NCBI GenBank assembly: GCA_964453345.1
Contig: CAYVOC010000001.1
Coordinates: forward strand, 1 to 64,000
DNA length: 64,000 nt
Reading direction: 5' to 3'
Source: an uncultured Aquificales bacterium
GTDB taxonomy: Bacteria; Thermosulfidibacterota; Thermosulfidibacteria; Thermosulfidibacterales; Thermosulfidibacteraceae
Below are positions 59,832 through 64,000 of this stretch, in pieces; the first letter of the stretch is position 1, and each line of letters opens with the position of its first letter. Position numbers and translations under genes: made by a program. Below the pieces are notes generated by a model, which was not told where the DNA came from, made no database searches, and saw nothing but the letters and a program-made list of their open reading frames with translations.

Positions 59832-61163
59832 ATGTTCAGGAGGGTCCTTGTCGCCAATAGGGGTGAGATAGCGCTGAGGATCATTAGGACCCTTCGGGAG
59901 CTTGAGATAGAATCGGTGGTTGTATATTCCGAGGCGGATGCGGATTCCCTGCCTGTGAAGCTTGCAGACAGAGCCATCTGTGTGGGTCCTCCCGATCCCT
60001 CCTCAAGCTATCTCAACATCCAGAACATTCTTTCCGCCGCCGAGATAGCGGGCTGTGACGCTGTCCATCCGGGTTACGGCTTTCTCGCTGAGAATCCAAG
60101 CTTTGCCGAGGTCTGTCAGGACGTTGGACTGAAGTTTATAGGTCCCTCAGCCTCGGTGATAAGGCTGATGGGGGATAAGATTGCGGCCATTGAGGCTGCT
60201 AAAAGGGCGGACGTTCCCACCATTCCCGGAAGCGAGGGGCCGGTTGAGAGCTTCGAGGAGGCCCTTGAGTTCGCCAGAAGGGTTGGTTTCCCGGTTCTGC
60301 TGAAGGCCGCTGCAGGTGGCGGCGGCAGGGGAATGAGGGTGGCGAGAAACGAGGAGGATCTCAGAAGGAGCTTTGATGCGGCAAGGAGGGAGGCTGAGGC
60401 CGGTTTTGGTAATCCTACCGTTTATCTTGAGAAGCTCATAGAGGATGCGCGGCATATAGAGGTGCAGATCCTCGGAGATTCCCACGGCAACGTTATCCAT
60501 CTTGGGGAGAGGGAGTGTTCCATCCAGAGGAGGCATCAGAAGCTTCTGGAGGAATCCCCCGCTGTAATTGAGCAGCGTTTGAGGGAGGCCATCTGCAGGG
60601 ATGCGGTAAAGCTTGCAAGGAGCGTCGGGTATGAGGGGGCCGGGACGGTGGAGTTTCTGGTGGATTCCTCGGGCAATCATTACTTTATTGAGATGAACAC
60701 CAGAATACAGGTTGAGCACCCCGTTACCGAGATGGTGACGGGAATCGATATTGTCAAACTGCAGGTTCAGGTGGCTGCCGGCATGAAGTTGCCCCTATCC
60801 CAGCAGGATGTCTCCTTTAGGGGCTGGGCCATTGAGATGAGGATAAACGCAGAAGACCCAAAAACCTTTGCCCCGTCCCCGGGAAGGATAGAGAAGCTTG
60901 TGTTGCCCGGAGGTTACGGGGTGAGGGTGGATACAGCCGTCTATCAGGGCTATTCCATCCCGCCCTATTACGATTCCATGATTGCAAAGCTGGTGGTGTG
61001 GGGGGACAACAGGCTTGAGGCCATCAGGCGCGCAAGGAGGGCCCTTGATGAGTGTGTGGTGGAGGGAGTCAAGACCACCATCCCCCTTCACAGGCTGATC
61101 CTGTCTCATGAGGACTTTGTGAATGCCAACATCAACGTCAACTGGCTGGAGTCCATCCTCTAA
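59832..61163 (+). CDS. accC: Biotin carboxylase
   Basis: ANRGEIA, HPGYGFLAEN, GGGGRG, QRRHQK, EMNTRIQVEH, YYDSMIAK. Confidence 0.96.
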   Translation: MFRRVLVANRGEIALRIIRTLRELEIESVVVYSEADADSLPVKLADRAICVGPPDPSSSYLNIQNILSAAEIAGCDAVHPGYGFLAENPSFAEVCQDVGLKFIGPSASVIRLMGDKIAAIEAAKRADVPTIPGSEGPVESFEEALEFARRVGFPVLLKAAAGGGGRGMRVARNEEDLRRSFDAARREAEAGFGNPTVYLEKLIEDARHIEVQILGDSHGNVIHLGERECSIQRRHQKLLEESPAVIEQRLREAICRDAVKLARSVGYEGAGTVEFLVDSSGNHYFIEMNTRIQVEHPVTEMVTGIDIVKLQVQVAAGMKLPLSQQDVSFRGWAIEMRINAEDPKTFAPSPGRIEKLVLPGGYGVRVDTAVYQGYSIPPYYDSMIAKLVVWGDNRLEAIRRARRALDECVVEGVKTTIPLHRLILSHEDFVNANINVNWLESIL

Positions 61164-62082
61164 AACCCTTCTCATTGTGAAGCTTTCCGCCCTCGGTGAT
61201 ATTGTTCATGCTTTGGGTGCCGTTTCCATAGTGAAGCGGAGGACAGACCTGGAAGTGGTCTGGTTGACAAAGCCCCAGTATTCTCCCCTGTTTGGGACGG
61301 TTGGTTTTGTTGACAGGATTATTTTCCCTCGGGATGCGGTAAAATTCGCCCGAAGATTTGATCTGGTTATAGATCTGCAGGGGCTTGTTAAGTCTGCTTT
61401 TTTTTCTCTTTTGCTTGGAAGCAGGCGATGGGGTTTTGCAAGGGGCTTTGCCAGGGAGCCTCTGGCCCCTTTCTTTTACACCTCCAGGGTTAAGCCTGAG
61501 GGCAGGCATGTGGTCCATCTGCTGAGGTCCCTTGTTTGTGAAGCCCTTGGCCTTGAGGATGACGGAATCTTTGATTTCGGCATAGACGCCACGCCTGCGG
61601 AGCTTGAGGAAAGCCGGCGGCTTGTTGTCGATGATAAGTTCGTCCTTCTCTTTCCGTCGGCCGGCTGGAGGACCAAGGAGCTTGACGCCCTCTGGTGCTC
61701 GAAGTTTCTGGGGGAGTGGTTCAGAAGATCCAGCATTCCGGTCTATCTGGTTCCGGGCGTAGGGGATGATCTCAGGCTTTCTGGGCTTTCCCCCTGGCTT
61801 CTTCCGAACCTTTCCCTGCGTCAGGTCATAGCCCTCATCAAGAGGTGCAGTGCCGTTGTGGCACCGGATACGGGTTTTCTGCATGTGGCTGCCGCCATGG
61901 GGAAACCTGTCGTGGGGCTGTTCTGCCCCTCCGATCCTTTAAGGAACGGTCCCTTTCCCGAGGGAGAGATCCTTCTGTGCGATTGCCCCTCGGTGGGCTG
62001 CTTTAGAAGAAGGTGCGTTTCAGCGTGCACCTGTTCAATTTCGCCCCTGCTGGCGGTTGAGAGGACGCTTGCTTTGTTGTAA
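61123..62082 (+). CDS. GT9 LPS heptosyltransferase (WaaC-like); start uncertain
   Basis: VKLSALGDIVH, DLQGLVKS, DTGFLHVAAA. Confidence 0.85.
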   Translation: MPTSTSTGWSPSSKTLLIVKLSALGDIVHALGAVSIVKRRTDLEVVWLTKPQYSPLFGTVGFVDRIIFPRDAVKFARRFDLVIDLQGLVKSAFFSLLLGSRRWGFARGFAREPLAPFFYTSRVKPEGRHVVHLLRSLVCEALGLEDDGIFDFGIDATPAELEESRRLVVDDKFVLLFPSAGWRTKELDALWCSKFLGEWFRRSSIPVYLVPGVGDDLRLSGLSPWLLPNLSLRQVIALIKRCSAVVAPDTGFLHVAAAMGKPVVGLFCPSDPLRNGPFPEGEILLCDCPSVGCFRRRCVSACTCSISPLLAVERTLALL

Positions 62083-62106
62083 TCTTTCCCTATCGGGAGG
62101 GTGTCC

Positions 62107-63204
62107 ATGAGGTTCATAGACCTGCAGCGCCAGTATAGGCGTATTCAGGATGATGTAAAGGCGGCCATAGACAGGGTGCTTGAGTCTTCCCAGTTTATCC
62201 TGGGGCCAGAGGTGGAGGCCTTTGAAGAGGAGATAGCCGCCTTTGTGGGGGTGAAGCATGCCGTAAGCTGCGCCTCCGGGACCGATGCCCTGATGCTCGC
62301 TTTGATGGCCATCGGCGTTGGTCCCGGGGATGAGGTTATAGTTCCGGCCTTCACCTTCTTTGCAACAGCCGAAGTTGTGGCCCTTCTCGGGGCTAAACCC
62401 GTCTTTGTTGATATTGAGGAGGATACCTACAATGTAAGGGTTGATCAGGTTGAGGATGCCATAGGCCCGAAAACCAAGGCTGTCATAGCCGTCAGCCTGT
62501 ATGGTCAGTGCGCTGAGCTGATGGAGCTGAAGAGGCTTGCCGATGAGAGGGGAATATTCTTGATAGAGGATGCCGCCCAGTCCTTGGGGGCGGAGCACAG
62601 GGGATTCAAGTCCTGTTCCATTGCCCACATATCCGCCACCTCCTTCTTCCCTGCAAAGCCCTTGGGTTGCTACGGGGACGGGGGATGTGTCTTCACCAAT
62701 GACGATGGCATTGCTGACAGGTTGAGGGCGCTGAGGAACCACGGTCAGGTGAAAAGATACCTACACAAGTATATAGGGCTTAATTCAAGGCTGGATGCCG
62801 TGCAGGCGGCCATTCTGAGGGTTAAGTTGAAGATCTTTCCCCAGGAGATAGAGCTGAGGCAGATAGCGGCGGGAAGATACGATTCCCTTTTGAGGGAGAA
62901 GGGCATAGATCCGCCGGTGGTGCGGGATTACAACCTTTCGGTCTATGCCCAATACACCGTCCGGGTTCCCAACAGGGACAGGGTTGCAGAGTTTCTGAAT
63001 GCCAACGGCATCCCCACCGCCGTTCACTACCCTGTGCCCGTTCCCTATCAGGAGGCCTTTGCGGGTCTTGGGCATGCCAAGGGGGATTTCCCGGTTGCTG
63101 AAAGGGCGGCGCAGGAGGTGCTGAGTCTTCCCTTCCATCCCTATATTAACATTGAAGAGCAGGTGAAGGTGGTGGAAGCACTCTGGGAGGCTCTAAATAG
63201 CTGA
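62107..63204 (+). CDS. DegT/DnrJ nucleotide-sugar aminotransferase (WbpE/WlbC-like)
   Basis: SGTDAL, EDAAQS, SFFPAKPLGCYGDGG, NSRLD. Confidence 0.9.
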   Translation: MRFIDLQRQYRRIQDDVKAAIDRVLESSQFILGPEVEAFEEEIAAFVGVKHAVSCASGTDALMLALMAIGVGPGDEVIVPAFTFFATAEVVALLGAKPVFVDIEEDTYNVRVDQVEDAIGPKTKAVIAVSLYGQCAELMELKRLADERGIFLIEDAAQSLGAEHRGFKSCSIAHISATSFFPAKPLGCYGDGGCVFTNDDGIADRLRALRNHGQVKRYLHKYIGLNSRLDAVQAAILRVKLKIFPQEIELRQIAAGRYDSLLREKGIDPPVVRDYNLSVYAQYTVRVPNRDRVAEFLNANGIPTAVHYPVPVPYQEAFAGLGHAKGDFPVAERAAQEVLSLPFHPYINIEEQVKVVEALWEALNS

Positions 63205-63218
63205 TGGGAGGTGTGGCC

Positions 63219-64000
63219 ATGCAGGTCAGTTTTCTGGTGATAGGGGGCATTGTTCTTTACGTGCTTTTATACTTTCTTTATGGGAGGTATCTCGCCAACA
63301 ACGTGGTCAGGGTCACCGATGAACCCACTCCGGCCGTGAGGCTCTACGATGGGGTCGATTTCGTTCCGGCCAACAAGTATGTGCTTTTCGGTCACCACTT
63401 TGCCTCCATAGCCGGTGCCGCTCCCATCGTGGGACCCGCCATAGGAATCGCCTGGGGCTGGGCGCCGGCGCTTCTGTGGGTGTGGCTGGGCAACGCCTTC
63501 ATAGGAGCCGTTCACGATTATCTCTCCCTCATGAGTTCGGTGAGATACGATGGGCATTCGGTCCAGTGGATAGCCGGCAAGGTGATAAAGCAGAGGACCC
63601 GTTATATCTTTGCCGTTTTCATCTTCTTTGTTCTCATCCTCGTTGTGGCGGCCTTCGGCGCCGTTTTGGGCAAACTCTTTATTAAGCAGCCCGCTGTTCC
63701 CACGGCCTATCTCATCAAGATCATAGGCGCCTTTATCCTGGGTGCTCTGCTCTACAGGCTCAGGGTGCCCTTGGCCCTGGGAACCGTCTTTGCGATAGCG
63801 TGGCTTATAGGTTCCATATTTTTGGGTAAGTTCTTGCCCATAAAGGCGAGCTATCAGACCTGGATGATCGTCTTCTTCTTCTACATTATTATAGCCTCCG
63901 CCATCCCCGTCCATGTTTTGCTTCAGCCCAGAGACTACATGAACGCCTGGCTTCTGGTGGGCGGTTTGATCCTCGGCGGTCTTGCTCTGATACTTTCACC
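63219..64000 (+). CDS. cstA: Carbon starvation protein A family transporter, 3'-truncated (not in the ORF track)
   Basis: MQVSFLV...TPAVRLYDGVDFVP..VLFGHHFASIAGAAPIVGP...GAVHDY; GGGAGG RBS. Confidence 0.92.
   Translation, partial: MQVSFLVIGGIVLYVLLYFLYGRYLANNVVRVTDEPTPAVRLYDGVDFVPANKYVLFGHHFASIAGAAPIVGPAIGIAWGWAPALLWVWLGNAFIGAVHDYLSLMSSVRYDGHSVQWIAGKVIKQRTRYIFAVFIFFVLILVVAAFGAVLGKLFIKQPAVPTAYLIKIIGAFILGALLYRLRVPLALGTVFAIAWLIGSIFLGKFLPIKASYQTWMIVFFFYIIIASAIPVHVLLQPRDYMNAWLLVGGLILGGLALILS

Noticed and set aside
1-64000. CRISPR arrays, tRNA/rRNA genes, IS or prophage elements
   Set aside because: Intergenic gaps are nearly all under about 120 bp; no repeat-spacer pattern, cloverleaf, transposase or integrase motif was seen by eye

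Overview
A gene-dense, GC-rich chromosomal window from a Gram-negative bacterium (BamA/Skp/LpxD present). It is probably a thermophilic anaerobe or microaerophile, inferred from TtuA/TtuB, Hcp/HcpR, a CBS-DHH tRNA nucleotidyltransferase and scrambled, overlapping gene order. About 65 CDS, mostly housekeeping: translation and RNA modification, his/pur/nad fragments, fatty-acid and LPS synthesis, ClpC and M16 peptidases. I saw no rRNA, tRNA, CRISPR array or IS element. Most unusual items: (1) an NtrB/NtrC-like pair in which both partners have lost their phosphotransfer residues and the regulator has also lost its sigma54/ATPase motifs but kept its HTH; (2) an oxygen-binding di-iron (ODP-like) domain fused to an intact GGDEF, plus an orphan cheR-pilZ pair; (3) a stand-alone PglB/STT3 oligosaccharyltransferase lying between two ArnT-like GT-C enzymes; (4) an hcpR-hcp module with a perfect FNR-type box and a 59-aa wHTH gene missed by the ORF track; (5) several uncharacterised radical-SAM systems. 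All family calls come from motif recognition by eye, not from database searches.
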